From the NCBI GenBank assembly GCA_048263945.1, contig JBLXDQ010000004.1:229975-293974 (forward strand): a stretch of 64,000 nt of DNA, read 5' to 3'. Below are positions 37,704-46,939 of the stretch, in pieces. Numbering within the stretch: the stretch's first letter is position 1; each line of letters starts with the position of its first letter. Made by a program: the position numbers and the translations under genes. The stretch is from Epibacterium sp. Lineage in GTDB: Bacteria > Pseudomonadota > Alphaproteobacteria > Rhodobacterales > Rhodobacteraceae. Under the pieces are notes generated by a model. It saw only the letters and a program-made list of their open reading frames with translations, had not been told where the DNA came from and did not search any database.

Positions 37704-38384
37704 TTAGCCCGAGGCCGCCGCGCGGATGGCGCGGATGTTGTCGCCGTAGACGCTGGGGTTGGAAACCGAGCCCCCCCGGAACACGGCAGAGCCTGCAACC
37801 AGCACGTCCGCCCCGGCGGCAGCCACCAGCGGCGCGGTGGTCGGGTCAACGCCGCCGTCAATCTCGATATGCACCGGGCGGTCGCCGATCATCTCGCGCA
37901 GGCTGCGGATCTTGGCGGTCATGTCGATGAACTTCTGCCCGCCAAAGCCCGGGTTCACCGTCATCACGCAGATCAGGTCGGTGAGGTCGAGGAGATGCGC
38001 CACCGCCTCGGCCGGGGTGCCGGGGTTGAGGGCGACGCCCGCCTTCATGCCAGCGCCACGGATCGCTTGCAGGGTGCGGTGGATATGCGGGCCGGCCTCC
38101 ACATGGGCGGTCAGCACATCGGCACCCGCATCGGCATAGGCGTCGATGTAGGGATCGACCGGCGCGATCATCAGGTGCACGTCCATCACGGTCTTTACAT
38201 GCGGGCGGAAGGCTTTGACCGCCATCGGGCCGAAGGTCAGGTTCGGCACGAAGTGACCGTCCATCACGTCCACATGGACCCAATCGGCGCCCTCGGCCTC
38301 GATGGCTTGGATCTCCTGCCCAAAGTTGGCGAAATCCGCCGACAGGATGGAGGGGGCGATCTTGATGGAACGGTCAAAGGTCAT
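37704..38384 (-). CDS. rpe: Ribulose-phosphate 3-epimerase
   Basis: IAPSILSADF, HVDVMDGHFVPN, DVHLMI, MTVNPGFGGQKF, IEIDGG, LVAGSAVF. Confidence 0.96.
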   Translation of the reverse strand: MTFDRSIKIAPSILSADFANFGQEIQAIEAEGADWVHVDVMDGHFVPNLTFGPMAVKAFRPHVKTVMDVHLMIAPVDPYIDAYADAGADVLTAHVEAGPHIHRTLQAIRGAGMKAGVALNPGTPAEAVAHLLDLTDLICVMTVNPGFGGQKFIDMTAKIRSLREMIGDRPVHIEIDGGVDPTTAPLVAAAGADVLVAGSAVFRGGSVSNPSVYGDNIRAIRAAASG

Positions 38385-38502
38385 GGCGCGGGCTCCTTGG
38401 CAGAGAGAGGCGGTGAGTCTGGTGTCTGGCGCCCCTATAGCGCCTCTTGCCTGCGCTGCACAGGGTTGCTGTTGGGGCTGCGATGCTGTGTCGTCATGTC
38501 AT

Positions 38503-39276
38503 TTACGGTGTTAGCCCTACCATGTGCTTGGCTTCTTCGGATTTCAGCGAGAAATCCTGTCCCAGCCATGCATCCCCTGCGCGGCTGGCGAGGTATAGCA
38601 GCGCTTTTGCCACCCATTCCGGCGGAATATGCAGGGATGGATTGAGGGCAGCGACGGGATTGATGCCGGATCTGCGGATCTGGACCTGCATCTCGGTCGC
38701 CACGGTGCCGGGGCTGAGGCCGATAACACGGAGGCCCAAGTCCCCCACCTCGCGATGGGCGCAGCGGGTGAGGGCGAGGACCGCCGCTTTGGAGGCGCAA
38801 TAGTGGCTCCAGCCTTCGAGGGCGCTGGTCGCCGCGCCGGACGAGAGGTTCAGCACAGTGCCGCGCCCGCGCGCCACCATGCCGGGCAAGACAGCGCGCA
38901 AGCCGTGATAGACACCCTTGAGGTTGACATCGAGCATCTGCCCCCAGCTGGCGGGGTCGCTGTCGGTCAGGCGGGCAATCGGGTCGATTTGGCCTGCGTT
39001 GTTGATGAGGATCTCAATGGGGCCAAGGGATGTTTCTGCCTCGGCGACGCAGGCGGCGAGCTCTGCGAAATCTGTGATGTCACAGGGCAGGGCGAGGGCC
39101 TGGCCCCCCGTTTCGGTGATCTCTTCGGCCAGGGCAGAGAGGGCCACAACATTGCGGGCGACAAGCGCCACTTTGGCGCCTTGCGCGGCAAAGGCGCGGG
39201 CACTGGCGGCGCCGATGCCGCGGCTGGCCCCAGTGATAAGGACGGTTTGGCCGGAGAGGTCAGGGAGAGAGGACAT
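38503..39276 (-). CDS. Short-chain dehydrogenase/reductase
   Basis: TGASRGIG, NNAG and YCASK motifs; divergent from LysR. Confidence 0.88.
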   Translation of the reverse strand: MSSLPDLSGQTVLITGASRGIGAASARAFAAQGAKVALVARNVVALSALAEEITETGGQALALPCDITDFAELAACVAEAETSLGPIEILINNAGQIDPIARLTDSDPASWGQMLDVNLKGVYHGLRAVLPGMVARGRGTVLNLSSGAATSALEGWSHYCASKAAVLALTRCAHREVGDLGLRVIGLSPGTVATEMQVQIRRSGINPVAALNPSLHIPPEWVAKALLYLASRAGDAWLGQDFSLKSEEAKHMVGLTP

Positions 39277-39376
39277 GGGAGAAACTCCTGTAGGTGGGTG
39301 TCCCCCCCTCTCTATTGATGCGAGATTTGCGCAGACATGCTTGATCCGCCGGTATGGTCATGTGCATCCTGCATGA

Positions 39377-40306
39377 ATGGACCTCCTTCAGCTCAAGACC
39401 CTTTTGGCCGTTGCCCAACACGGCAGCTTTGCCGCTGCGGCGCGGGCTTTGGATCAGGACCCCTCGGCGATCTCGCGCACGGTGGCGGGGGCAGAGGCGC
39501 ATCTCGGCGTGCGGCTGTTTGAGCGCAGCACCCGGCGGTTGGCGGTAACGGGCGTCGGGCAGGCCTATCTCGACCGCATCGCCCCCTTGTTGGAGGAGTT
39601 GCAGCAGGCCGAGGAAGAGGCGCGCTCCGCCCGGCGCAATCCAAGCGGCACCTTGAGGATTACCGCCTCGGTTGCCTGGGGCCAGGAGTGTCTGGTGCCG
39701 CTCTTGCCCGCGTTTCGTGCGAAATTTCCCGAGATTGCGCTGGATCTGCGCCTCACTGATGCAAATCTTGATTTACTGGCGGAGGGGATCGACCTTGCCA
39801 TTCGGTTGGCGCCCGCGCCGGAGGGGGATCTGATCAGCACGCGATTGCAGCGCACCACCTATCAGGTTGTCGCCGCGCCCTCTTATATAGAGGCGCAGGG
39901 TCGGCCCGCCGATCCGCAGAACCTGCGCAAACATGATTGTCTGCGAATGCCATTGCCCGGACGGGATGGCAGTTGGCATTTCCGCACGGGATTGGGCGAA
40001 GAGGTGCACGTGCCGGTCACGGGATCTGTCACCATCTCGAGCCCCTTGGCGCTGCGCGCGGCGGCACGGGCCGGATTGGGACCTGCGCTTCTGGCGGATT
40101 GGCTGATCTCTAAGGACTTGGTCGAGGGGCGATTGGTGCCGCTGTTGACGGGATGGGAGGTGACGGCGACGGGGTTTGATACCGGGGCCTGGGCGCTTTA
40201 TCCCAGTCGGAGCTATATGCCTGCGCGATTGCGCGCGATGCTCGACTTTTTGAAAACCCACATGCGGGCGCCCATGTTGGCGGAGGGGAAGTCTGAGGGA
40301 AAGTGA
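39377..40306 (+). CDS. LysR-family transcriptional regulator (CrgA/PtxR-like)
   Basis: GSFAAAARAL...S.ISR, LGVRLFERSTRRL, GTLRITAS, DLAIR. Confidence 0.92.
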   Translation: MDLLQLKTLLAVAQHGSFAAAARALDQDPSAISRTVAGAEAHLGVRLFERSTRRLAVTGVGQAYLDRIAPLLEELQQAEEEARSARRNPSGTLRITASVAWGQECLVPLLPAFRAKFPEIALDLRLTDANLDLLAEGIDLAIRLAPAPEGDLISTRLQRTTYQVVAAPSYIEAQGRPADPQNLRKHDCLRMPLPGRDGSWHFRTGLGEEVHVPVTGSVTISSPLALRAAARAGLGPALLADWLISKDLVEGRLVPLLTGWEVTATGFDTGAWALYPSRSYMPARLRAMLDFLKTHMRAPMLAEGKSEGK

Positions 40307-40325
40307 GCGCTAACCGGGCAGGACT

Positions 40326-40370
40326 GACCGTTTTGCACCGGAAATGAGACCGTTTTACAAAAGTTTTACG
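40326..40370 (+). promoter_or_regulatory. 11/22-bp phased direct repeats upstream of phnC (candidate Pho boxes)
   Basis: GACCGTTTTGCA (40326) and GACCGTTTTACA (40348) are 22 bp apart; GTTTTAC recurs 11 bp later (40363). The match to the CTGTCAT consensus is weak. Confidence 0.35.
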
Positions 40371-40433
40371 ACTCCGACACAAATGATTTGAGCGAAATGC
40401 GTAAGCCAGCGCGGAACCAAAGGGGGTCGCCAC

Positions 40434-41261
40434 GTGCTGCGCATCAACAAACTGACCAAGAGATTCGGCGATAAGACGGCTGTTGAGGCCGCCACGCTTG
40501 AGATCGACAAACCCTGTATGCTGGGCATCATCGGACGCTCGGGTGCGGGCAAGTCCACATTGCTGCGGATGATCAACCGCCTTGGCGATGCGACCGAAGG
40601 GTCGATCACCTTTGAGGGTCGTGAAATCACCACGCTGAAAGGCCGCGACAAACGCGCCTGGCAGTCTGAATGCGCGATGATCTTTCAGCAGTTCAACCTG
40701 GTGCCGCGCATGGATGTGGTGTCGAACGTGCTGCATGGCACGCTCAACCGCCGCTCCACCTTCTCGACCCTGTTCAACCTTTATCCGATGACGGACATCC
40801 ACAAGGCGATCGACATTCTCGACCGTCTGGGCATTGCCGAACATGCGCCGAAACGCGCCGAAGCCCTGTCCGGTGGCCAGCAGCAGCGGGTGGCGATTGC
40901 GCGCGCGCTGATGCAGGACCCGAAGATCATCCTCGCCGATGAGCCCATCGCCTCGCTTGATCCGATGAACGCGCAAACCGTGATGGAAGCGCTGCGCCGC
41001 ATCCACGAGGAAGACGGCCGCACCGTGATCGCCAACCTGCACACGCTGGACACTGCGCGTCGCTATTGTGACCGCGTCGTGGGGATGCGCGATGGCCGTA
41101 TCGTGTTCGACGGCCTGCCCGAGCAGCTGACCACCGGCGTGGCCCGCGAAATCTATGGCGCGGGGGATGATTTCTCCGAAGCCGCCACATCGACCGAAAT
41201 CGAAACCCTCGACCGTTCGGATGCCGAGAAGGCCATCCAAGAGGCCGAGGCCTTCGTCTGA
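40434..41261 (+). CDS. phnC: Phosphonate ABC transporter ATP-binding protein
   Basis: [47 protein letters not shown]. Confidence 0.93.
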   Translation: MLRINKLTKRFGDKTAVEAATLEIDKPCMLGIIGRSGAGKSTLLRMINRLGDATEGSITFEGREITTLKGRDKRAWQSECAMIFQQFNLVPRMDVVSNVLHGTLNRRSTFSTLFNLYPMTDIHKAIDILDRLGIAEHAPKRAEALSGGQQQRVAIARALMQDPKIILADEPIASLDPMNAQTVMEALRRIHEEDGRTVIANLHTLDTARRYCDRVVGMRDGRIVFDGLPEQLTTGVAREIYGAGDDFSEAATSTEIETLDRSDAEKAIQEAEAFV

Positions 41262-41327
41262 GACCGACCCTCTTTCATCATCTCGGGGCCGGAGTGGCCT
41301 CGGGCCATCAAAACCGGAGTGTATGAG

Positions 41328-42230
41328 ATGAAAAACCTGATCCTTGCCGCACTGGCCACCACCGCCCTGACCACCCCGGTCCTGGCAGAAGACATCACCG
41401 AGTTCCGCATCGGCATCCTCGGCGGCGAAAACGCCCAGGACCGTCTGAACTCCAACGAGTGCCTGCGCGCCAAAACCGAAGAGCTGCTCGGCGTTGAAAC
41501 CAAGCTGTTTGCTCCGGCTGACTACGACGGCGTGATCCAGGGCCTGCTGGGCGGCACCATCGACATGGCATGGCTGGGCGCATCCGGCTACGCGAAAACC
41601 TACCTCTCCGACCCGGAAGCGGTTGAGCCGGTTCTGGTCAAAGTGAACGTGGACGGCGGCTACGGCTACCACTCCATCGGTTTTGCCCGCAAAGACAGCG
41701 GCATCACCTCGCTGGAAGACGTCAAAGGCAAAGTGTTTGGTTTCGGTGACCCGAACTCCACCTCTGGCTTCCTGATCCCCTCCATCGAGATCCCGCAGCA
41801 GACCGGCGCGACCATGGAATCCGGCGCTTACTTCGGTGAAGTGAAATTCACCGGTGGCCACGAGCAGACCATCGTTGCAGTGAACAACGGCGACATCGAC
41901 GCAGGCGTGACCTGGGCCGACGGTCTGGGCAACTGGGAAGACGGCTACAACTCTGGCGCGCTGCGTCGTGCGGTTGATGCAGGTCTCGTTGACATGAACG
42001 ACCTGACCCAGATCTGGATGTCCAAGCCGATCCCGGAAGGCCCGGTTGTTCTGCGTAAGGCTCTGCCGGAAGCGGTCAAAGTCAAAATGACCGGTCTGAT
42101 GGCCTCCCTGCCGGCGATGGACTACGACTGCTACTACGGTGTGGCTGCGGGCGACTCCAAAGGCTTCATGCCGATCTCCCACGACGCCTATGAAGTGATC
42201 GTCGAAGCGCGCAAGCTGAAGTCCAACTAA
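41328..42230 (+). CDS. phnD: Phosphonate ABC transporter substrate-binding protein
   Basis: Signal peptide; DYDGVIQGL, FGDPNSTSG, GGHEQ and IPEGP motifs. Confidence 0.92.
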   Translation: MKNLILAALATTALTTPVLAEDITEFRIGILGGENAQDRLNSNECLRAKTEELLGVETKLFAPADYDGVIQGLLGGTIDMAWLGASGYAKTYLSDPEAVEPVLVKVNVDGGYGYHSIGFARKDSGITSLEDVKGKVFGFGDPNSTSGFLIPSIEIPQQTGATMESGAYFGEVKFTGGHEQTIVAVNNGDIDAGVTWADGLGNWEDGYNSGALRRAVDAGLVDMNDLTQIWMSKPIPEGPVVLRKALPEAVKVKMTGLMASLPAMDYDCYYGVAAGDSKGFMPISHDAYEVIVEARKLKSN

Positions 42231-42249
42231 GCGCTGACGTTTGAATATG

Positions 42250-42283
42250 CGGGGTTCGGATCTGCGGTCCGAGCCCCGTTTTT
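42250..42283 (+). terminator. Hairpin with U-tract after phnD
   Basis: CGGGGTTCGGA-N7-TCCGAGCCCCG (one G-U pair) followed by TTTTT. Confidence 0.6.
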
Positions 42284-42352
42284 GGCACATGGAGCACCGC
42301 CGGGTCTTTGGCCTGATATCGGGCTCCGCCAGTTTACTTTCAGGACGAACCT

Positions 42353-43270
42353 ATGGCTGATCAGACCGCTCAGGCTCCGCGCACCGTTGCGGAGATCCGG
42401 GACGCGTATACCGACCTCACCCGACGCAAGCGCCTTTATGGCGGCATGTTGCTGGTGGTGTTCATCGCGTTGATGGCGGCGGGTTTCCGCACCGCCGATG
42501 ACCGCAATGCGGGCTCTTTTGTGGATGGCTGGTATCGGATGCTGGACTATCCTGCAGAGGTGCTGTCGGAAGCGGCAGAGAAAGCCGTGCAGCTGCCCGG
42601 CCATATCGTCCATTTCGCACCGGCCTTGTTTGAGACGCTGAATATCGCGGCGGCCTCGACCCTGATCGGGGCGATCTTTGGGATTTTCCTGTCCCTGATG
42701 TCCACCCGTGGCATGGCGCGTTGGCCCATGCTGATCCCGCTGTTCCGCCGCATCGCTGATATCTGCCGTGCGATCCCGGAGATCGTGATTGCGCTGGTGC
42801 TGATCTTCCTTTTGGGCGGCGGGCCGGTGCCTGCGATGATCGCCATTGCGATCCATACCGCCGGCGCGCTGGGCAAGCTGTTTTCCGAGGTGAACGAGAA
42901 TGTCTCTCTGAAACCGGTTGAGGGGCTCACCTCGGTCGGCGCCTCCTGGGCGCAGCGGATGTGGCTCGGGGTGATACCGCAGGTGGGGCCGAACTATGTC
43001 TCCTATGCGCTGTTGCGGTTTGAGATCAACATTCGTGCCTCTGCAATCCTCGGTTTTGTTGGAGCAGGCGGCATCGGCTACGAGCTGAAGAACGCCATGT
43101 CCTGGGGGCAGGGGCGTTACGACGAGGCCGCTGCGATCTTTGTTCTGTTGTTCCTGACCATCGTAGTGGTCGACCAAATCTCCGGCGCGTTGCGTGACCG
43201 GCTGACCCATGGCGCGCGGTCTGGCGCTCAGAAGACAGGCGCGCGTCCGGCCGCCAAAGCGGGGGCGTGA
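42353..43270 (+). CDS. phnE: Phosphonate ABC transporter permease
   Basis: RAIPEIVIAL, GKLFSEVNE, RFEINIRASAILGFVGAGGIG. Confidence 0.92.
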   Translation: MADQTAQAPRTVAEIRDAYTDLTRRKRLYGGMLLVVFIALMAAGFRTADDRNAGSFVDGWYRMLDYPAEVLSEAAEKAVQLPGHIVHFAPALFETLNIAAASTLIGAIFGIFLSLMSTRGMARWPMLIPLFRRIADICRAIPEIVIALVLIFLLGGGPVPAMIAIAIHTAGALGKLFSEVNENVSLKPVEGLTSVGASWAQRMWLGVIPQVGPNYVSYALLRFEINIRASAILGFVGAGGIGYELKNAMSWGQGRYDEAAAIFVLLFLTIVVVDQISGALRDRLTHGARSGAQKTGARPAAKAGA

Positions 43271-44592
43271 GCATGACGACTTGGGATATCAATTCCGGCC
43301 CGCTGAAGGGCGAAATGGAGCAGCTGTTCGTCCGCAAGCGGATCATGAACTTTGCTGTGCCTGCGCTGGTGCTGGCCTATCTGACCTATGTGTTCTTTGC
43401 CTTTGACGTGCTGGGCCTGTGGGAACGCGCCTCGATCGACAATGCCAAGACGCTGGTGTCGGACACCTATAGCTACAAAACCCATGTGACGCGCGACAAT
43501 CGGTCGGGCGAGGTGAACTTTGCCGTCGAAGGTGAGCGCAAGGGCGAATATCCCGAGGGCATGTCGCCTGCTTGGGTGACGCCGGGCGAGACCACTGTGA
43601 TCGACCTTGAGGACGGTCATGTGGTGCGTTTTGGTCCCGAAAGCATCGAATATGACATTCCCGGCTACGGTCTGGTGACGGCGACGCCGACGCGCAGCCA
43701 AGGGGTGGTGACAACCCTGCCCGACGGCGATGTGCCGGAGTGGATCAACATCTCCAAGAACCGTTTGGCGATCACCACTGATGCGGGCCGCCTGACCGTG
43801 ACCCGCAACCGGGCCGAGGTCTTCCGCTATTTCCTCGGCTGGGAGCTGTTCTTCTTTACTCTCGACAGCCCTTATCACGGCATGGGGCCGGGCGAGTTGC
43901 TGTCCCATGCGGTCTCGGGCGAGGCCGGGGCGATCTGGAATGACTTCTGGACCAACAAGATGTGGCGTCATTCCGATGTGGCCTGGGCCATTGGCGAGAC
44001 GATCCTGATGGCCTTTCTCGGCACCTTTGGGGCTGGCATCGTGGCGCTGCCCTTGGCCTTCTTGGGCACGCGGAACTTCATGCCGGTGCGTGTGGTGCGG
44101 TTTGTGGCGCGGCGGTTCTTTGACTTTGTGCGCGGCGTGGACTCGCTGATCTGGACCGTGGTTTTGGCGCGTGCCTTTGGGCCGGGTCCGCTGACCGGCG
44201 CGCTGGCGATCCTGATTACGGACACTGGCACCTTTGGCAAGATCTTCTCCGAGGCGCTGGAAAACGTCGATGAAAAGCAGATCGAGGGCATCACCTCGAC
44301 CGGGGCGAAACCGGTGCAGCGCTACCGCTTTGGGGTGATCCCGCAGATCACGCCGGTCTTGCTGTCGCAGTTGCTGTACTTCCTTGAGTCCAACACACGC
44401 TCGGCGACCATCATCGGTGCGATCACCGGCGGCGGCATCGGTCTGTTGCTGACACAAGCGATCATCACCCAGAAGGACTGGGAAGAGGTGGCCTATTACA
44501 TCGTGCTGATCATCCTGATGGTGATGCTGATGGATTGGTTCTCCGGCTGGCTGCGCCGCCGCCTGATCAAAGGCGACGAAGGCGGGCACTGA
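43267..44592 (+). CDS. phnE: Second phosphonate ABC permease with a large extra N-terminal extracytoplasmic domain
   Basis: C-terminal PhnE core (GKIFSEALE, ESNTRSATIIGAITGGGIG); about 170 aa of soluble sequence after the first TM. Confidence 0.88.
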   Translation: MSMTTWDINSGPLKGEMEQLFVRKRIMNFAVPALVLAYLTYVFFAFDVLGLWERASIDNAKTLVSDTYSYKTHVTRDNRSGEVNFAVEGERKGEYPEGMSPAWVTPGETTVIDLEDGHVVRFGPESIEYDIPGYGLVTATPTRSQGVVTTLPDGDVPEWINISKNRLAITTDAGRLTVTRNRAEVFRYFLGWELFFFTLDSPYHGMGPGELLSHAVSGEAGAIWNDFWTNKMWRHSDVAWAIGETILMAFLGTFGAGIVALPLAFLGTRNFMPVRVVRFVARRFFDFVRGVDSLIWTVVLARAFGPGPLTGALAILITDTGTFGKIFSEALENVDEKQIEGITSTGAKPVQRYRFGVIPQITPVLLSQLLYFLESNTRSATIIGAITGGGIGLLLTQAIITQKDWEEVAYYIVLIILMVMLMDWFSGWLRRRLIKGDEGGH

Positions 44593-44612
44593 AGCCCTCT
44601 TGGATTGACAAG

Positions 44613-44652
44613 AAAGCCCCCTGTCGCGGCCGCGACAGGGGGCTTTTTGTTT
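44613..44652 (+). terminator. Intrinsic terminator of phnCDEE
   Basis: Perfect 34 bp palindrome AAAGCCCCCTGTCGCGG/CCGCGACAGGGGGCTTT followed by TTGTTT. Confidence 0.85.
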
Positions 44653-44703
44653 CTACTCGGGCGCGGCTTTGATGGCGCTTGCGCGCTGAAAATGCTAAAT
44701 TAA

Positions 44704-44717
44704 GTCTAGTTGTCTAC
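44704..44717. promoter_or_regulatory. Candidate PhnF operator (copy 1)
   Basis: GTCTAGTTGTCTAC upstream of the hexapeptide transferase; near-identical to GTCTAGTTGTATAG at 46424. Confidence 0.5.
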
Positions 44718-44738
44718 TGAATCACGACAGGTCCATTG

Positions 44739-45356
44739 ATGCCCAAACTTTCCAGCGTAGAGCCGCTTATCCACCCCGGGTGTAGCCTCACCAACAGCAC
44801 CTTTGGCGCCTATGTGGAGATCGGCGCAGACACCCGCGTCGCCAATAGCAGCTTTGGCGATTACAGCTATTGCGACCGGATGTGCGACATCGCCAATGCC
44901 AAGGTCGGCAAGTTCGCCAATATCGCCAGTTCCGTGCGGATCGGGGCGACAGATCACCCGATGGAGAAGGCGTCATTGCATCACTTCCTCTATCGTTCGG
45001 CCAGCTATTGGGAGGATGTGGAAGATGACGCTGATTGGTTCGCCCACCGCAAGAGCCGCAGGGCGACGATCGGCCACGACACCTGGATCGGCCATGGCGC
45101 GCTGATCAAACCGGAGGTGACGATAGGCCATGGCGCGGTCGTGGCCTCGGGTACGGTGGTGACCAAGGACGTGGCGCCCTACACGATTGTCGGCGGCAAT
45201 ACCGCGCGGCTGATCCGCCGCCGCTACCCGGAGGAGGTGGCCGAGCGGATGATGGCGTTGGGCTGGTGGGACTGGGACCATGCTGCCTTGCGGGCGGCCC
45301 TGCCTGATTTTCGTGCGCTCAAGGCCGAGGCGTTTCTCGAGAAATACGCGGAATAA
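44739..45356 (+). CDS. Hexapeptide-repeat (left-handed beta-helix) acyltransferase, phosphonate-operon-associated family
   Basis: GDYSYC, VGKFANIASSVRIGATDHP, TIGHDTWIGHGA, GAVVASGTVVTKDVAPYTIVGG. Confidence 0.85.
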   Translation: MPKLSSVEPLIHPGCSLTNSTFGAYVEIGADTRVANSSFGDYSYCDRMCDIANAKVGKFANIASSVRIGATDHPMEKASLHHFLYRSASYWEDVEDDADWFAHRKSRRATIGHDTWIGHGALIKPEVTIGHGAVVASGTVVTKDVAPYTIVGGNTARLIRRRYPEEVAERMMALGWWDWDHAALRAALPDFRALKAEAFLEKYAE

Positions 45357-45388
45357 TAGACTCTACTTCAGCTCATAGGTGGGTGCCC

Positions 45389-45579
45389 GGCAGAGGCGGG
45401 GGGCTCCCACCCCTGCAGGTGCCTTAGGCCCTTTGGGCCAAGACCCCTTGGCGGAGTTGGGCCCGGCCGCGCGTCCCCTTTGGGGACGCGCGGCGCGCCG
45501 TCGACCCGATGGGTCGACGGCGCCACGCCCAACGGGAGCGGATCGTGAAAGCGATCCAGCGACGGGCGGGAGCGCCCCC
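45389..45579. repeat. MITE/REP-like modular hairpin element (copy B)
   Basis: Left end is 22/24 identical to 12636-12659; internal modules are reverse complements of 12651-12699 and 12818-12839. Confidence 0.7.
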
Positions 45580-45630
45580 GTCTTGAGTAAAATGCGACCC
45601 TATCGGGGGGGGGGCGTAATCGCTGAAGGG

Positions 45631-46353
45631 TCAGTCGTCGCCGACGGTCAGCGTTACGCGATCCCCGGCAAACCAGGTGCGTCCAAACTCGATGGGTACA
45701 CCATTGAGGTCGTCGGAAATACCCGTGGTGCGTAGGATCGGCGCGCCCTCGGAGGTTCTGAGATGCAGCGCCTGCGTTGCGGTGGCGAGTTTCGCGGTGA
45801 TCCGGGTTTCGCGGCGGGTGTAATCCTCCACCCCGCAGGCCCCGAGCGCGGCGGTGATTGAATCATGCGCGTCCAGCGCCTCGAGGATGCCGGGCAGGCG
45901 GTCGGCTGGGAACACCGTGCGGGCCAGCGCGACCGGGTGGTCATCGGCGTAAGACAGCCCTTCGTAGACCACCACCGGGTCGCCGGGGGCGAGGTCGAGG
46001 GCATCGGCCTCGCGCGCGTCAGCGGCCAGCACCTCCAGCCGCAGGATCTTTTTGCTCGGCACCCGACCGGCGCGGCGGATGTTCTGATGAAAGCGAATGC
46101 GCTTGCCCACCGGATAGTCGGTTGGTTTCGCAGCGACAAAAACACCCGCCCCGCGCCGCGCATGGACCAGGCCTTGTTCTGCCATATCCGCCAGCGCGCG
46201 GCGCACCGTGTGGCGGTTGACGCCGAACCGCTCCGCCAATTGCGCCTCGGCGGGCAGTTTCGAGCCGGTCTCATAGCGCCCCTGCGCGATGTCATCCGTG
46301 AGGGTGATCGCGATGGATTTCCAAACCGGGGTGCGGGTGGCGGATTTTGGCAT
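45631..46353 (-). CDS. phnF: Phosphonate metabolism regulator PhnF (GntR/HutC, UTRA)
   Basis: LPAEAQLAERFGVNRHTVRRAL, RGAGVFV, RIRFHQN, YTRRETRITA, FAGDRVTL. Confidence 0.92.
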   Translation of the reverse strand: MPKSATRTPVWKSIAITLTDDIAQGRYETGSKLPAEAQLAERFGVNRHTVRRALADMAEQGLVHARRGAGVFVAAKPTDYPVGKRIRFHQNIRRAGRVPSKKILRLEVLAADAREADALDLAPGDPVVVYEGLSYADDHPVALARTVFPADRLPGILEALDAHDSITAALGACGVEDYTRRETRITAKLATATQALHLRTSEGAPILRTTGISDDLNGVPIEFGRTWFAGDRVTLTVGDD

Positions 46354-46362
46354 CTTGGACCT

Positions 46363-46450
46363 CTGTCACCAAAGCTTCACGTTTGCACGGCTTGCGCAGT
46401 CACAACCGACTCATGTAGTATTTGTCTAGTTGTATAGGACATGTAGACAA
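46363..46450. promoter_or_regulatory. phnF/phnG divergent control region: Pho-box-like repeats plus candidate PhnF operator (copy 2)
   Basis: CTGTCAC-caaa-GCTTCAC (46363-80) and CAGTCAC-aacc-GACTCAT (46397-414) have 11 bp phasing; TTGTCTA...TAGACAA inverted repeat contains GTCTAGTTGTATAG. Confidence 0.5.
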
Positions 46451-46474
46451 TCCTGCCAAGAGGCGACACACGAT

Positions 46475-46939
46475 ATGACACAAGACATGACGTCGGATCA
46501 GGCGACTGCGGCGCGCAAGGCTTGGATGAGCCTGTTGGCGACCGCGTCCGAAGACCGGCTCGCTGCGCTTTTCGACACGTTGGGCGCTTGCCCGGAGCAT
46601 GACACGCTGCGCGCCCCGGAAACCGGGGGTGTGATGGTGCGGGGTCGTGCGGGCGGCACCGGTGCGCCCTTTAACCTTGGTGAGATGACCGTCACCCGCT
46701 GCACGTTGAAACTCGCCACTGGTGTGGTGGGCCACGGATATGTGCAGGGGCGCAGCAAGCGGCAGGCGGAACTCGCGGCCAAGCTTGATGCGATGATGCA
46801 GACGGAGGCGGCGGAAGAGGTGGAGGCAAAGGTCCTCACGCCGCTGCGCGCCGAGCGCATTTTGGCGCGTGACGATCGCGCGGCCAAGGCGGCGGCCACC
46901 AAGGTCGATTTCTTCACCATGGTGCGAGGAGAAGACTGA
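46475..46939 (+). CDS. phnG: C-P lyase complex subunit PhnG
   Basis: PETGGVMVRGRAGGTGAPFNLGEMTVTRC, ATKVDFFTMVRGED. Confidence 0.94.
   Translation: MTQDMTSDQATAARKAWMSLLATASEDRLAALFDTLGACPEHDTLRAPETGGVMVRGRAGGTGAPFNLGEMTVTRCTLKLATGVVGHGYVQGRSKRQAELAAKLDAMMQTEAAEEVEAKVLTPLRAERILARDDRAAKAAATKVDFFTMVRGED

Noticed and set aside
38400-40310. SDR/LysR pair appears slightly more AT-rich, suggesting separate acquisition
   Set aside because: Impression only; it cannot be quantified without computation and there are no boundary repeats or mobility genes.
44739-45356. Hexapeptide transferase as a CatB/Vat antibiotic-resistance gene
   Set aside because: Same fold, but it sits inside the phn region with a PhnF-like operator and matches the phosphonate-associated subfamily; no mobile context.
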